Assembly (NCBI GenBank): GCA_003427395.1
Contig: BFEA01000023.1
Coordinates: 1,505,801-1,569,800 of the forward strand
Source: Chara braunii
Lineage: Eukaryota; Plantae; Charophyceae
Reading direction: 5' to 3'
Length of the DNA: 64,000 nucleotides
Shown here: piece by piece, positions 38,006 through 52,963 of the stretch
Position numbering within the stretch: position 1 is the stretch's first letter
Layout of the letters: the number at the start of each line of letters is the position of its first letter
Notes under the pieces: model-generated
Database searches by the model: none
What the model was told of the DNA's origin: nothing
The model's input: only the letters and a program-made list of their open reading frames with translations
Position numbers and translations under genes: made by a program

Positions 38006-41000
38006 CTGTTTAGGAGCCGTGCAATTTGGCGTTGCCAAAAAGAAATGACGGACAAGTCTGGAAGGGCCTCATTGGCCCACGTTGGCGGTCAGGATATGGC
38101 GGGAGTTTTCCCACCCATTTGCAGAAGCAAATTGAGTCAGAAAAAGGGGCCTATGTGAAATAGGGCCCTCACCTCGGGGCTTGGGGCCAGGAGGCAGTGT
38201 AAGTCGTCGGAAACCCTGTGGGTGCCTCCCAGGGTGCCTGGAATAGGAAGTAGAGTTCCTATACTGTAACCGCGTGTAGCGTGGGGGCGCAGCCAGGGCA
38301 GAGGAGTTGTTGCGGGGACGAAGTTTTGAGTGTTGTAATGTGTTGTTTTATAGCAGGCAAGATGCAGTGGGCGTTGTTTATCACACATTACACATTGTGA
38401 CGGTCCGGCTTTATATTGCATTTTCAAAAGTTTTTTCTGGTTTGAAGAGCATGCCAAAGAATTTGAAAGATGGAAATATTTGAAATTTTTTTTTAAGATA
38501 TGGAAATGATAAAATGATTAAAAATGAATTCAAAATGGCATTTATTCATCCTCATACATATGCAAGGGCAAATACATGTAAAAAAAAAAATGTATATCAC
38601 AATAGGCGTGGGAAATTTATAAGGGAAGTTTGGAAATTTTTGAATGGAAATAAATTGAAGAAATTATTAGGATCCTAGGTATATTATGTTTCACAGCTTT
38701 GGTGTCCTTTTTGTTATTATTCTAGATACTATATCCTATATACTATATGTACTAAACTATATATACTAAGTAAGAATGCTAATAAATGTGTAACTAAATG
38801 TTTACAATGGCAAAAAAATAAAAGGAAGGAGAGAAAATGAGGTTAAGAGTCTTAATTGACTATTTTTTTTTTTTTAAATCAGGGTCCTACGCATATTATG
38901 GTTCATAGTACAATTTAAGAAAAGAAGATTATCAGTCAATCTATTCTATAAAAGTTTTTTGAGGGTGCACTTACATTATTACAAAGCTTGAATTGTACAA
39001 GTCTATTCGGTTGTTCAATTTTTGGGGTTTTTTTATTTTATACTAGATGTTATTTTTCATTGAATTTTACTGTCAGAATTGGGAGGTGTGTTTGGTCTGA
39101 GAGGCAATGCATAGATGTGGGGGGGTTGTGGTATCATATGTTGAAAATTTGCGTCGAATATCAGTCCAGGAGGTACCAATGATTCTCGATGATCAGAAGT
39201 ATAGTCAAATGTGATAGTTGCTCGAACTTGTTCCTATCATTCGATTGTCGTAGTCTTCATTGTAGTCGTAGACAGTCGCTCTTCACAGTAATGGAACTAA
39301 ATCTTAGAAAGTGTCCATGTATTTTGTATTAAGCATTATATGAATATTGTTGACTGGTTCTGACTTATCCATGTCTGCTAAGTATGTTGTAACTATGTTT
39401 TGTGGTCCTCGCTTCCATTTCTGATGATGTACCAAAAGTCCAGTCTCTGCGATCGTTGTCGGTTGATACATAGGAAGAAAACGAAGATATCGTTCGAGGT
39501 TGATGGTTCTTGTGTGATGTAGGTTTCGTTCGTGTCGCATTGTATGATCTATCTGGTTGCCGAGTTTTGAACTTCTCTCCGGGAGTATCTTTTATCTGCC
39601 ATGCAATATAACAAAGAGACAAACGAGTTATTTTATAGGCGTGGTATGAAGATGAGAATGTAATATTTATATGTTATGAGATGTGTGCTATATGGTTTTT
39701 GCTTAGTTTAGGATATATGTTAAGACGAATGATGCATTGAAAGCGAGAACAATCGTAGAAACGAATCTATGATGAATGGTATTAGTTAATAGAATTATTA
39801 TTCCAAGATTAGGAGCATCGAGAAAACAAATAATGTCGTTGATGATAGCAGTACGAAGATTTTAGAGGTTTGTTGGTAATGGTGTGACATCTGCTAGGAA
39901 GATATATAAGGACAAAGGAGTTGTAGAATGATATGCAAAACAACAAATCAATCTCGATTCTATGCATCAACCCAGTGATTCGGGAGGTGTGAGGAACATG
40001 CACTAAACTTTTCGATAAGCAGTTTTTCTCAGACTAAATAATGAAACCATCAATATCTTTCTCAGACATTCTGTTTCGATGCGGTTGCTAATGTGCCGTG
40101 TCTTTGGGGGCTTAACCTAACGGATTGAAATGACTAGCGACGGCATGTAAAAAAAGAAAAAATTGTGTCTGCGCTGATCCAGATTGAAGCGACTTGTCAT
40201 GACGAGTAGAAAAGAAAAAAAAAATATCTACGTTAGTCCGGCTTTTATCAGCGCGCAGAAAAAATCGGTGTAACGAAGAGAAGGCTTGAATGTATCACCG
40301 TGTTGAATTGAGTCTGGATTTGAAGTCAGTGTAAGTCACACAAGGTCGAGTGATTGGAGAAGGAAGACGAAGGAAGATATCTGTAGGTCTGGCCCCTTCA
40401 TTCAGAGGAGAAGGTCACAGGCATTGGGCTTTGCTCCACTATTGTGAACGTATTTGGCCTTCCAATTGTCCAGATACGTTCGAATGGGAAAGTCAATCCC
40501 AATGTATCTGGAATGTTGTATTGTCCAGATATGTTAGTGTCAGTCTTGTTTGAAGTGCACGCATCTTACCATAATTCTTTGAAAGCGAGGTCTTGTAAAT
40601 CCCGGTCTGGAATTTGAAGACAAAACTCTCAACTAAAGTCCAATGAATTTTGCCTCAGTAATCCGTTTGAACGTTTAAATACATTCTACTCATATTTCAA
40701 TTCACAAGTATTATATAAATCATAGGTCTCCAGTTAAATAGGGCTTATTAGAGAATCATCTTCTTATCCAACGTATATATAGTTTGGTTAGCCTGCCTCT
40801 TTCTCTGGTGTAGATCGAGGCGCGTTAGCGGAATTTCCCAGTTTCAAAATCGGATATTATATTATGAAAGTTTTAGACGCAAAATGTACTCCGTGAGGTG
40901 GTTACATGGACGTAGATGATACATTCAGGACCGCTCTCTTTCCATGTCCCTTGGGATGCTAACCGCCAAACCTCAAATTGACGGCCCAGTGGCCTCTCCA

Positions 41001-44000
41001 TCAGTCCCTAAGTGTGGTCGGTACTCATAACGTTCGGGTAGCGAAGCTTACACTTGTTCAATAGTTCGTCGTGACTTTCTTCCTTCCGGAACTATTGTAT
41101 TTTTTTTTGCAGCTTGTTTAGTTACATTGAATATCTTGAGATTCCCTTTGTGGTAAAAAAATGTGTAAACGAATGAAAGCTAATAAAGAAAGATTGACAC
41201 ATTGACTTTTTGAACGGATTACTGCTGTTTTTTTAATTCCAACTATACTTTTAGCAAATGTTTTCAATTTGATCTGGTTAAATATCCTACTTTTTTTACA
41301 ACCCCAACATCAAACAACATCTACAAGATTTACTTATATATTAGCTTGTGATAAATTAAAAACAGGTAGCTCGGTCAAACTAATTTGAAGAAAAGTCTCA
41401 TTATACGATACGAGAGTAATTGACTATTTAAGTAATTAAATGACAAACAAGAGTGTGTTAATCTAATCCCGCTTGGAAATGAAAACTGATAGGTCAAGTA
41501 CCTACACTTTGATAAATCAAGCATGAGCCTGGAGGCACGAAGTGTTGATTAGATCCCAAGCGAAACGCTTGAGCTTCCAGTCGCCTAACTATATGTGAAA
41601 CAACTTCAGACGATTAGTATAGTTTCCTTGAAACAAGGTAAGGGTAGAGTTCGTGCTATGTAGAGATACATATAGTGCTACTAGTCCATGTATACTGAGC
41701 AAAAACAGGCTCGAGCGGACTAGTGACCAACATAACAATTAGAACGTCGTGAGACAGTTCGGTTCCACCAGTGGAAATTTCTCTTTGAGCTAATAGATGA
41801 AAAAACACAGGTGTCGAGGTACCACAGAAACAGCCACACAAATTATACAAAAGAGCGTTAACTGTAGTTTGAGAATTTGTTCGATTTCAGATAGGTGATC
41901 GTAGGCGTCAGTCGTTCTATTTTTTTTTTAAAGAACCAAAGATAGATGTTGTGTAATGGAGTCATGCCCATTTTTTTTTAAATGGCTCGAAACCACTTAT
42001 GCAGTGCATGGTTAGTTGGTTGAAGTGGCAGGGACTCAGAGGAAATTGTCCCACGATAAGCATGTCAATTTCAAAAGATCTAGGACCTAGTTGCACCACT
42101 TGGCATTCGCCAAAATTTTGAATGCATCTGACAAACATTGCATCCGGATATATTCAGTATTTTGGTGGATGGCGAGTGGTGCAACTAGGCCTCTGACCTG
42201 GGCATTCACTTTGCACTTTGTTGTAGAAGGGGAGTCAAATCGGTTGGGAATGTGGGGTGAAAAGGGGTGTGTATTGTTATGATCAGGACCTTTAAACCTC
42301 CTGAGTTGGGAAAACTCATTAGATTGAAAAAAAAAAAAAAAAAAAAAAAAGTTAGTAGATTAATTGTTTGTATTTTTGGAGGATAGTTAGAATTATTTAG
42401 TCGGGTCCTGATCCCCATAGCTGTGGAGATTTCATCAGGGAGTGGTCTCTGTCAGCGAAGCTGGGTAAAGCTTCTCTCATGTGCACTATAATAATACGCA
42501 AGGGGATTAAAGATGTATTTGCAGCAACTTTCAGTCTATGCACAACGATAATGATTAGAAATTTTATTCGGGTAGAGATTTCATTCTATCCGGACAGAGC
42601 TTCCATTCTATCCGGGTAAAGCTCCCAGTATCTATTTGCGGGTTGTTTGTGATTGGGATATAACAACAGTGAGACAGTGATTATAGTTGTATTTGGGGTA
42701 ACTTTCAGTCTACATACGGTGATGATGATTGGGTTTTCTATTGAGTTAAAGTTCCTAGTATATATGTATTTTTTTGAATGATTTGTGAGGTCCCTAACCT
42801 CGTTTCAATTGCAAGTTTGAAAATTAATCGCCTGTAAAAAAAAAAAACGCCCAAAATATTAATGGGCCTAGCTCAATTAAAATACTTGTCAACTGCTGAA
42901 ATATCGACCTAAGGTTTGAATCGAGATGGAACTAGATGAATGAAATTCATGAATTGTCCCTGAATTACCTGAGGTCGGTCCGACAATGAATGATATCTCA
43001 AGGTCGTCGCCCTGTCTATGAGCCCATGCCCTAGGAGGTCGCACTTGTTATGTACAGTGCTTTTATCGGCAGCCTGTTCCATGTGTACTCCATATGATAT
43101 TTATTTATTTATTTTAAACTATTTATTTATTTATTTTGTTTGCAGAGCGAGAACTCTTAGGTAGAATTGTCGGTCGAACGGACCATCCCCAAGTAATTCA
43201 GAGTTATTTTTTACTTATTTGATTTCATCAGGATTTGAACCCAGGTTTGCTGCTTATCAACAATTAGTACATCATGATGGGTCTGTAGTATTGTGTACCA
43301 TTCAGCTGCATGCGTTTGGTACCAAGGGAAAGTTATGGTACCATGAAGAAGTTTCCAGAGGGAAGCAATAAGAGTATTGACACTGGTGGTTTGGTCATGA
43401 CAACTTTTGCCCACTCCATCTCGGTGATGAGGGCATAGTCACAATAGGACTTTTTGGACTGATCTCGAGATGCGATTATAATCCAATAATTTTTACCAGT
43501 TGAATGTCGCGCTAGTAATAAGTAGTGCAAGCATTGTTGGATGTCGTAATCACTGCTGAGCATAGTCAGTTGGGTTATTATTGTAAATGGAATGTCGCCT
43601 GCATTGCATAGGTAGAGCAACTTTTGACGGAAAGTTCGTTTTGCACCTTTCTATTATTATTCAAGTTATTATTTATTTTTTTTAATGGATTCGTCTGTAG
43701 TGTGGGTTCGTGCGTTTAATATCGTGATCGCAGCTTAACATAGTCTGTTTATTTTCTCTTCTCTCTGAGTCTTTTTTTTTTTTCCATTTTTTTCACATAG
43801 GAAACAACTCATTTTTTCACTGTTCTGCCTACATCTAACATCGAATCATTGTGATCCGACGGGTTATTACTATAAAATGTCGCCAGTATTGCATAGGTAG
43901 ACCAACTTTTGACGGGAATATCACTTTGCACCCGACGAGGGGAATTTAAAAAAAAAAAAAAAAAAAATCAATAAAATTAAAAAAAAAAAAAAAAAAACCG

Positions 44001-45957
44001 AAAGCACCCCTCGTATTACAGTTGATAAGTGCAAAGCAACTGATTATGAGAAGACATAGTTATCGCACGACTGATATGATGGTTGAAATGTCTATTGTTT
44101 GAAAAATAGCAAAACAATCCATAATATCAAGAGCTAATCTAATTTTTTTTTCTCTTTTAAACTTTTTTTATCCTCTTCTTTGCCTTCATCTTCATTCCAT
44201 ACTCCGTACTTTCCCTTACTTTTCCTTTTGATTTTTTGTTTGTCTTCTCTTCATCTTTGTTTCCTGTGTTTATCACCTCTCCTTTAACTCTGTTTTTTGC
44301 TAATTTTGTACACGTGGGCTGTTATTGCACACGGGGATGACGGCAACTCACGCTCAACTTCATCTACGTGGGGAACCTTGTACGTGATAAGCATAGCAAA
44401 GGGGGAGATTGAGTTTCCTAATCCGCACCTCTCCACAAACATATCCAGATTCGGACAATGAGAAAGTTGTAGTAGGACTTGGTCACTGCTGGTTTACGCA
44501 GTAACCCCTGCCAAGTTATGCTACCACATTAATTTTTTTTTATTTTGTGATTACTTTGTTTCTCACTGTACAGAGAGTGGCATCGCTTATCATTTACGGG
44601 ACAATGCCTCCACAGTGACTCAAATAATCATTTACGGGACAATGCCTACGCAACAACTCTCAAACTTTCCTATCTAGGTACGTCCGGTACAAGTAAGATA
44701 ACGAAGGAAAATTAAATTTTCAACCTTCAAATACTCAAGTTCATTCAATAAGTAGTTCTTAGCGAGCATACAAGTAATATTGATCGATACTTAGCACTAA
44801 GATGAAACAATATTTTCTGAGCAACACGGCACTGGGATACCACCCTGTTGAGTTTAAAATATTTGGTTACGATCGAATGTGAAACCCTATTACTTAGAAG
44901 ATAATGCAAGAGAGTAGCGTGACATTGAGCAAAAAAAAAAAGTAGCATTTTCTAGGCACACACAAAAGAACACCGCTCGTTTGTCTGACCTACAACAAGC
45001 TTGAAGAAAAACCACCCTCATATTGTTACACAGGTGGTCATGAGTGCAATACTTCACCAACTGAGTGGCTTAAGAATTGTGTTAGTGACAATTATAATAT
45101 GTTATAAAGAAAATGAAGTTCAACTTGAAATGGAGGTATGATTTAAATAAAAATCATTATTATGTTTCATTTACAATCAACACTTATCAAATGGTGCTTT
45201 TTAGTGTGCAACAAACACAGAGGAACATGTAGATAAACCTTGAATGTTGCAAGCTTCGGTAGCATTACCTATTTCACTCGAGTAGAACGCACAATCATTA
45301 TTGTTGTACATTGGCCATTTTTTTCCTAGATACAACGGTAATAATCAAACTTTCTACTCGAATGGGAATCTTAGTACGACGACGACATCTTATTAATCTG
45401 AACTCAACAATTAATTTAAACGATTGTAGGGAGGCTGCTATAGACGTAACGTGCACACCAAACATCATTTACGAGAGTCATCCGCATACACATGTTTAAG
45501 CAACGTTTTCTTCAAGCAGTGGGGTACCTTTCGCCATTAGATCAAAATGTATGTTCTTCTGAAGTTTTGACAAACTATTTTAGAAACGTTTTTATAGTTA
45601 TTTAAAGTGTTGAAAGTCTTATCAATGCAAATGAAGCCAATCCACTTCACGAGTTCAATTTAGGTGCAATTAGAGCAATGAGAATGCATACTCAAAGCTA
45701 ACAATTACGTCATGAAGAAGACATCAATATCAAACTCCTCTATAATATAGTTTTTTGCAATTTTTGCATTGGATCCTTCGATGGAGGAGCACTGATATGA
45801 TACTTCGAAGTAATGCAATTTTTATGGAGCATGGTTGAGACTTTCGTCCTGACTGCTTTCTCGGTCAAGCATGACAGATACCTAATCTATGCAAGACAAT
45901 TTAAATATGGCATCATAACAGTAAGGTCATAATTGAGTTGGGGAACTCATAAATTGC

Positions 45958-46490
45958 TATTTTCATTACTCTAAGCTAATTTTTTCAGGACTTCAGTCAA
46001 AATTTTATTAATTATAAAAAATGTGTTTCTCTTGCTAACTTGATAATCACTTTCGGACTCCGACGATAAGATATGACTTTCACTCGAAGTTTTCTCCTAA
46101 GAGAAACCACTCGCCTTGGTCGCACAAGTGGTTAACAGAGACCCCAACTTTTCAGCTCTGGTTAATCCCCCCAACAATGAAAAGTAGATTTGGGGATATT
46201 TTTTTGATTTTTTTTTTTTTACCCTGTTTTGGTTGCTCTTTTCATTACTTTAGGCTTATTTTTTCATGACTTCAGTCAAAGTTTTATTAATTATAAAAAA
46301 CTTGTTGCTCTCGCTGACTTGATAATCACTTACAGGCTCCAACGATAAGATATTACTCTCACTCAAAGTTTTCTCATAAGAGAAGCCTCTAGCCGTTGTC
46401 GCACAAGTGATTAAGAAGGACCCCCACTTTTCATCCTTGGTTAATCCCCCCAATACTGAAAAGTGGATTTGGAGATAAGTTTTTAAATTT
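45958..46490. repeat. Diverged tandem duplication, ~280-bp unit
   Basis: ttttcattact...gacttcagtcaaa.ttttattaattataaaaa...ggttaatccccccaa occurs twice. Confidence 0.8.
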
Positions 46491-46623
46491 TTTGCCCCCT
46501 TGTTTTATTCGTTGTCAAGGTTTGCATGTGTCGAGTTTGGTATTTGCTAGAGTCTTAGAGATGACTATTTTGGCCAACCCTTAAAAGCTTTAAAACTGAA
46601 AAGAACGAATTTTGCATCAAAGC

Positions 46624-46763
46624 CTAGGCTACCAGCCGGGCCGCCCGAGTCCCGGATGGCCAGCCCGTGCAACCATCTAGGAAGGTCCCAGCATTAAAAA
46701 AAAAAAAAGAAAAGCCAAAAAATCTGAATATAAATTGNNNNNNNNNNNNNNNNNNNNNNNNNN

Positions 46764-46816
<53 letters not shown>

Positions 46817-47006
46817 CCAAAAACTTCGAAAAAACCTATGTTATGCAGCAAAATAAACTGAACAACTTTTGCCTCAAGGTCACATCAAAATTCTTCATCA
46901 AATTCGAAATAAAAAATAAATTTTAAAATTTTATTTTTTATTACTATTTTTTTTAATGTTTTTGGCCCGGTCAAGCAAGTGACCCCGGACGACTGTGGTA
47001 GCCTAG
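46624..47006. mobile_element. CTAG-ended MITE with 8-bp TSD
   Basis: TIR ctaggctacca/tggtagcctag; perfect TSD atcaaagc. Confidence 0.9.
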
Positions 47007-47909
47007 ATCAAAGCACATTTTTGACTTGGGGTTTAAGACCATTTTGATCCTCGTTTTTACTTTTTTTTATTGACTATGGATTGGTGACAAGTCTCGCTTA
47101 AAAGGTGTGGGACGTTTGTTATATTGATCTTGAAAAAACCCTGAAAATTTAAAGCTTTGTTAATCGTTTCTTCTTTGTCGAGATAAATTCACTGAATTGC
47201 AACTCCCATCGTTGATGATTTTTGGACCGTAGGCCTAGTATATCACCTTCCTTATGGTTGATCAGGCGGGAGTGAACCGCCACTTGTCACATACGACATA
47301 AGGTAGTTGCGACCTCGACCACTTTGAGGAAAATGAGCGTTTTCTCAGAAGAATCACTTGTGGTGTATCACTACTCACTTTCACCTCAGTCCACTTAGCC
47401 GTTTGTTTGAGTGTTTGCCTTCCAAGAGGGAGGTCGCTCGTTCGATTCTTGTGATCGACTCGTGAGATGCTTTCCCTGCACAGCTCACCCTTGAGGGTTT
47501 AGAAGACCCGTATTAAGGACAAAAAAACAACAGTTACTATAGTTTTGGTTCTGACACATCAGAGGGGGGAAACGTAAAGCCGAAGCAGTCAAAAACGTGA
47601 GAAAGGGCAAAGAGCGGAGAACTTGGAGGAATGACTCAGATTATACCAGTGAGGAATAATGCAAAATATTAAGCTTACTTGCTCTGAAGTCATCACCATC
47701 GCTTTTTGACACCGCCCTAAAATGAAAACATCGTCGACAACCTAGGGGTTTAGGAGTCATTACGAACTATAGAAAATATGATATTAAAGAAAATAATTAA
47801 AAAAAATGATGAAGATAAGGATCAAAAGAGGTACAAGGAAAGGATAAAATTTTCTTTCTATTTTTTTTCACACGTATATTTGAAAAATTAGTAGGTTGCA
47901 TGGAAGACT

Positions 47910-49030
47910 CAAAAGTAAGGTGATTATTGTCTTTGGATATGCAAGGTAAAAAGAAAAAAAGTGAGTAACAAGCCAAGTACCGCTACTCGGGGACGAGTAA
48001 CCTCGTTGATAATAATTGGAGGTATTATAACGATAATATAAAATCTAATGTAAAAGAATGATAGATCGAAGAATAAATTAAGGCGGATACTATGTTTTCA
48101 TTTTTATGGATCTTATTAAAAGAACAAACGAAGCAAATATTTTATATCGTTCTCTTAATAAAAATAATAATAGAACTGCGGAAGATAGTTTATGATTGAT
48201 TTCAATCGGAGTTAGAATAAGACTGTAGAGAGGATCAAATTTTATTTCTGGTTCATCTATTTTTGCTTCATATGTATCTACATTCGGTTTCATCATTTTC
48301 CTCATCAATTTCAGTCCTTTGGTCACCTTAATCGGGCTTGAAGCAGACTTATGATATAATGATTTGATTTGTATAGCCGAATATTCTATGGTAATCATGC
48401 AATCTATTGGGGGGGAGTAAGGATAGTTAGGTTCTGATTTAGCATCCAATATCAAACAGTTAATAAAGGTCAGGAATCCAATTGTTCCAAAGTAAGGTGA
48501 TTATTACCTATGAATATGCACGGGAAAAAAAAAAAAAAAAAAAAGGAACAACAAGCCTAGTGAGCAGCAATTAAGAGACAGGTAACATGTATGTCACTAA
48601 TTGGGGGCAATACAAGGGTAATCTAAACTTCATTGTAAAAAAATGATAGACCGAAGAGTTAAGTAAAGTGGATATCAAGGTCTAATTTTTATGATCGTAT
48701 TGGAAGAACCGACGAAGCAATTTTTTTGCATAATTTTCTCAATAAAAAAGTAATGGAACGACGGACGATAGATTATAACGTCTTTCAATCGGAGATAGAA
48801 TAAGACTCTAGAGAGGATCTAACTCTACTTTTGGTTCATATATTTTTGCTTCACGTGTATTTGTATTTGGTCTCATAATTTTCTTCATCAATTTCAATCC
48901 TCTTGCTTACTTAATCGAGTTTGAAGTACTCAACTTATGATCGAATTATCTGATTCGTTTAACCAAATACTTCCTGGTAGGCATACAATCTATAGGAGGA
49001 AAGTAAGAATAGTTAGGTTCTGATCTAACA
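47910..49030. repeat. Diverged tandem duplication, ~580-bp unit
   Basis: aaagtaaggtgattatt...ttcaatcggag.tagaataagact.tagagaggatc...atagttaggttctgat occurs twice. Confidence 0.8.
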
Positions 49031-49720
49031 TAAAAAAAAAAAAAAAACCCAGTTAACAAAGATCGAAAATTCAGTTGCCTGAACCATCTAAGCAACCCCA
49101 AGAAGAAAAATAAGAAGGTTGATTTACTCTCTGATCCAATATAATAGTATTTGTTCTCTTTCTTGTACAACTCATTTTGATTTCAAGTTGTGCTTAAATT
49201 CTTAAGTTGCGTTGATAACTTCAAATTATGTTATCTTCGCTAAAATGTAACCCCTTTATAGTTTGTTCCCTTAGCTAGAAGAGCGATTATAAAGTTGTAG
49301 GAACTTCTCGATTGAACTATAATAAAAAAACAATGTGGTAACTTCCTCATATCGCAAACTTACCGTATAACCCCAATAGTAGGCAAGGCGCTCCGCTATT
49401 TGTTTCTCCTTAATAAAATCAACTTTCATTAACAGTCATGTTTTCTATCAACATCTAAAATACGAGCGATGCCTTGTTTACCTACCCAACCTAATAACCA
49501 GTTGATCTTTGATTATTCGACTGTTTTTCTCATAGATCCTAACTTGGGCAGCCACCCACTTTTTTTCGGTGCTTAAACCACCATTAGGTTGTAGCTTGTT
49601 TTTTCTTCACTACGCACTGAATTTTGCTGAGTTAGGGTCCGTTGTGTTTCTTTTCTGACACTCTTATGAAAAACAAACAAAAAATACAGTCTGAATTTAA
49701 AAAAACAACGTACTCACAAC

Positions 49721-50164
49721 CTAAGAAGTTTTTCATGCCCGGCCGAGCATCTGGGCGTGACACCCGGGGTACTCTAACGTGCAAAAAAACAAAAACAAAA
49801 AACAAATTGTCTTTCTGCGCTTTCCAAGAGGAACCCAAATCCGGGTTTGTTTCATTTTTTTAGAGTTGGCTGTCAAGGGAGGAAAGGGGGGTATAAATTA
49901 TTTTTAAAGGGGCTAAGAGGGGTTAAAGGGGGGTCCTTTAGTGTGATTTTATTATTTTATTTTTTATCTCAGATTCGGTGAGGAATTTTGATGTGACCCT
50001 CAACCAAAAGTTGTTTGTATTACAATTCTACACAACTAGAGGGAAATTTTTTGACTTCCATTTTTTTTTGTTTTTTTTTTTGGGCACTGGGGCTGCCCAG
50101 AACCCCGCCCGGGCGTGTATTCGGGCACAAGTTGGGTGCCGAGTCGCCCGGAAAAAAAACCTAG
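49721..50164 (+). mobile_element. CTAG-ended MITE with 8-bp TSD
   Basis: TSD ctcacaac/ctcataac; homologous in reverse orientation to 52964-53408. Confidence 0.82.
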
Positions 50165-50452
50165 CTCATAACGACAAAAACGGAAGAAAAAAAAAAACGG
50201 ACACCCTTTGGGCGTGATACAAGCCTTACAAGATAGATACCTGTCCCAAAGTTGTTGTGCCAGTACGCCCTCAGTGAAGGCTTTACGGCAAGGGTGTCAG
50301 ATCCACGAAAAAAAAAGCAAAAAGAAATTTGAAACTCAACTTAGGGTGGGAAAGCAGGATTATACATTCTGCGAAGTTGTAGTGCGAGCATGCCCTCCTT
50401 CACAAAGTGTCAGCAGCCCGTGGACTGCGCCATGCTTCCTGGGCAGGGCGTG

Positions 50453-50484
<32 letters not shown>

Positions 50485-50990
50485 ACAACCTGAAACTGAC
50501 CACAATTATAGTTAGATACTTTCTTGTGAGTGTTGGTGTGAGCACAACTTTGTGCACAACCTTCCCGGACTTGGTCTTTTGCTTTTGTTTTTTGTTTTCG
50601 AAGGGGCCTATAAGACCCAACTGTCGAGCCTCCGCTGGCCCCCGAAAAGTTCGAGAAAAGTGGGAAAACAACCACTTTTTTCATTTTTCCCAACACTGGT
50701 GGTGGTAGTCGTGCTTCAAAAAAAAAAAAAAAAAAAAAAAAAAGATTGTCAACAAATTTAATCGCGGTGATGCATAAAAAAAAGAAAAAAGAGGGAAGGG
50801 GGGGAATAGGGGTAAAAACATTCTTCTTTTATCTCAAGCAACATTTTCTCTTTGAATGCAGTCCTCCACCCAACTGCAACCTCCCCACTGCAACAAACGA
50901 ATCTATCATTGCCCTCAGTCTTGGATAGCGCCTGCAAACTTGGTCCTCGACTCGCAGAGCTGAAAAGAAATATCATGGCTTAAACCGCTA

Positions 50991-51516
50991 CCGTCTTCCC
51001 ACGAACATAAGGCATATGCGTTGTATTCGTTTACAACGCATATGCGTTATGTTCAAGTGAACGAGACTAACTTTGCCTGCACAAGCGGGTCGAGTCCAGG
51101 CTGGACCACGGCTGGGGGGCTCAGAGCCTTGGCAAAAATGTAAAAGTAAAGTAGCGACGTACCTTTCCATGTTCTTGGTTGAGTTTTATTCCTCTCCCCT
51201 ACTTGGGCCCTTGCTTCATTCCTCAACAAATGTGCAAAATGCGAATGAATTTTCCACTATACCGTGGATAAATACAACCCCTTTATTTTTTTTCTCGGTG
51301 ACCATTGCAGTGTAGCAAGGCTTTGGTGAGTGGCTTTCTTATTTTTCCACTTTCTTGACCGTGCTATATTCTTGGCTATCAGAAGTGCCTTCGTGCACGG
51401 AGGGAGAGAGAGAGAGAGAGGAAGAGAGAGAGAGAGAGCCCTGCAACGCGTGTCAGTGACATGCAGGGCAGTTTCTTGCCTGAAGAAGAGCATAGGGGGC
51501 ACAAAGAGAGAGAGCC

Positions 51517-51559
<43 letters not shown>

Positions 51560-51834
51560 ACGAACAGTGATCTGTGATTACGGGCCTGTCCTGCTCACCA
51601 GGGCAAGAACGGAGCAGGCGTTCACCTTCAGGGGAAAAAAAAGGTTATATTCGAAAACAACAATTTTTTCTTTATGAAATTCAAATATAGCGCATACGCG
51701 TATTATTCGAATAGAACACATATGCCTATATTCGAAGTGCCCATGTACTCGAAGAAAATGGTATAACTTTCCGAAAACCGTTTTTTTGGAAAACTTGAAT
51801 ACGACACATATGCGTTATGTTCAAGGGAAGACGG
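50991..51834. mobile_element. Longer non-autonomous element with related CCGTCTTC TIRs and TA TSD
   Basis: TA|ccgtcttccc..gaacataa.gcatatg ... catatgcgttatgttc..gggaagacgg|TA. Confidence 0.82.
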
Positions 51835-52607
51835 TAGTACACGGCCCCAACCTTGCAAAAACATTTTGTCGCCACAAGCAAAACTCAGATAGCCGGGCGG
51901 TCAGGCTCACCGTTGAAAAAAAAATCGGCAGCCTCCGAAGTGGTGCGGTTTACATGCAAACACTTGTGGGCCGATATGTGGTGTACCGGTGCTTTAACAG
52001 ATATATTTAATTTGTTGGAGTTATTGTTGTGACTACTAAACATGCTGCCTAAAAAAAAAAGGGGGGGGGGGGGGGGGGAGGAAAAAAAAAAAGGAAAAAA
52101 AGGGGAAAGAATTGGTTGAAAAAACGAAAGGGAAGAAATTTTTAAAAAAAAAAAAAAAGGGGGGGGGGGGGGGAGGAAGGTCAAACAAAAGGTGAAAAAA
52201 GGGGAATGAATTGATTGATAGACTGCAAGGTACGCAATTTCGATCAAGTAAACAAAAGGGGGGGACGACGGGAAGAATGGGTTGCTTGGCCTGAAAAAAG
52301 CAAGATATGCAATTTAAGTTCACGGTTTTACTTTATCGTTCTCCTCAATTTAGGTCATGTCACAACTTTGTTCATTATGTTATCGGGCATACACGTACAG
52401 GGCCTTTCCGTGTATAATGTATGGATTCTTTACGTACGGAACCCTTTACATGGCCATGTACGTTTTGTACATACATCTTTCGAAAAAAAATCAAGAAGTA
52501 TGAAGAAAAAAAACGATGTAACATTAGTTGAATACCAACCACACATTCTTATTAAAATACGAGAAAAAAAAAAAGATAATTAAAAAAACAATAATGCGGG
52601 GGCAAGA

Positions 52608-52643
<36 letters not shown>

Positions 52644-52676
52644 TGTGTGTCTGTGTGAGTGTGTGTGTGTGAATAT

Positions 52677-52720
<44 letters not shown>

Positions 52721-52963
52721 GCGTTTGTGTGTGCCTATGTGTGACTGGAAGGAACACACACGTACTGACACACACGATACAAACAGAACACACACACACG
52801 ATACAAACAAAACACACACACACAAACACATTTGAAAAAAAAAAAATCCTTTTCTTTTTTAGTTAGAAACATCCTTGACCACCATTTTTGTCAAGGGGCT
52901 ATATCCAATCGATAAAAAAATTGTAGAGAACCATAAAAAAATAGTGGTCAATGATGTTTCTAA

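Noticed and set aside
48090-48455. 121-aa ORF in a tandem duplication
   Set aside because: The frame is not preserved in the second copy and no domain is recognised.
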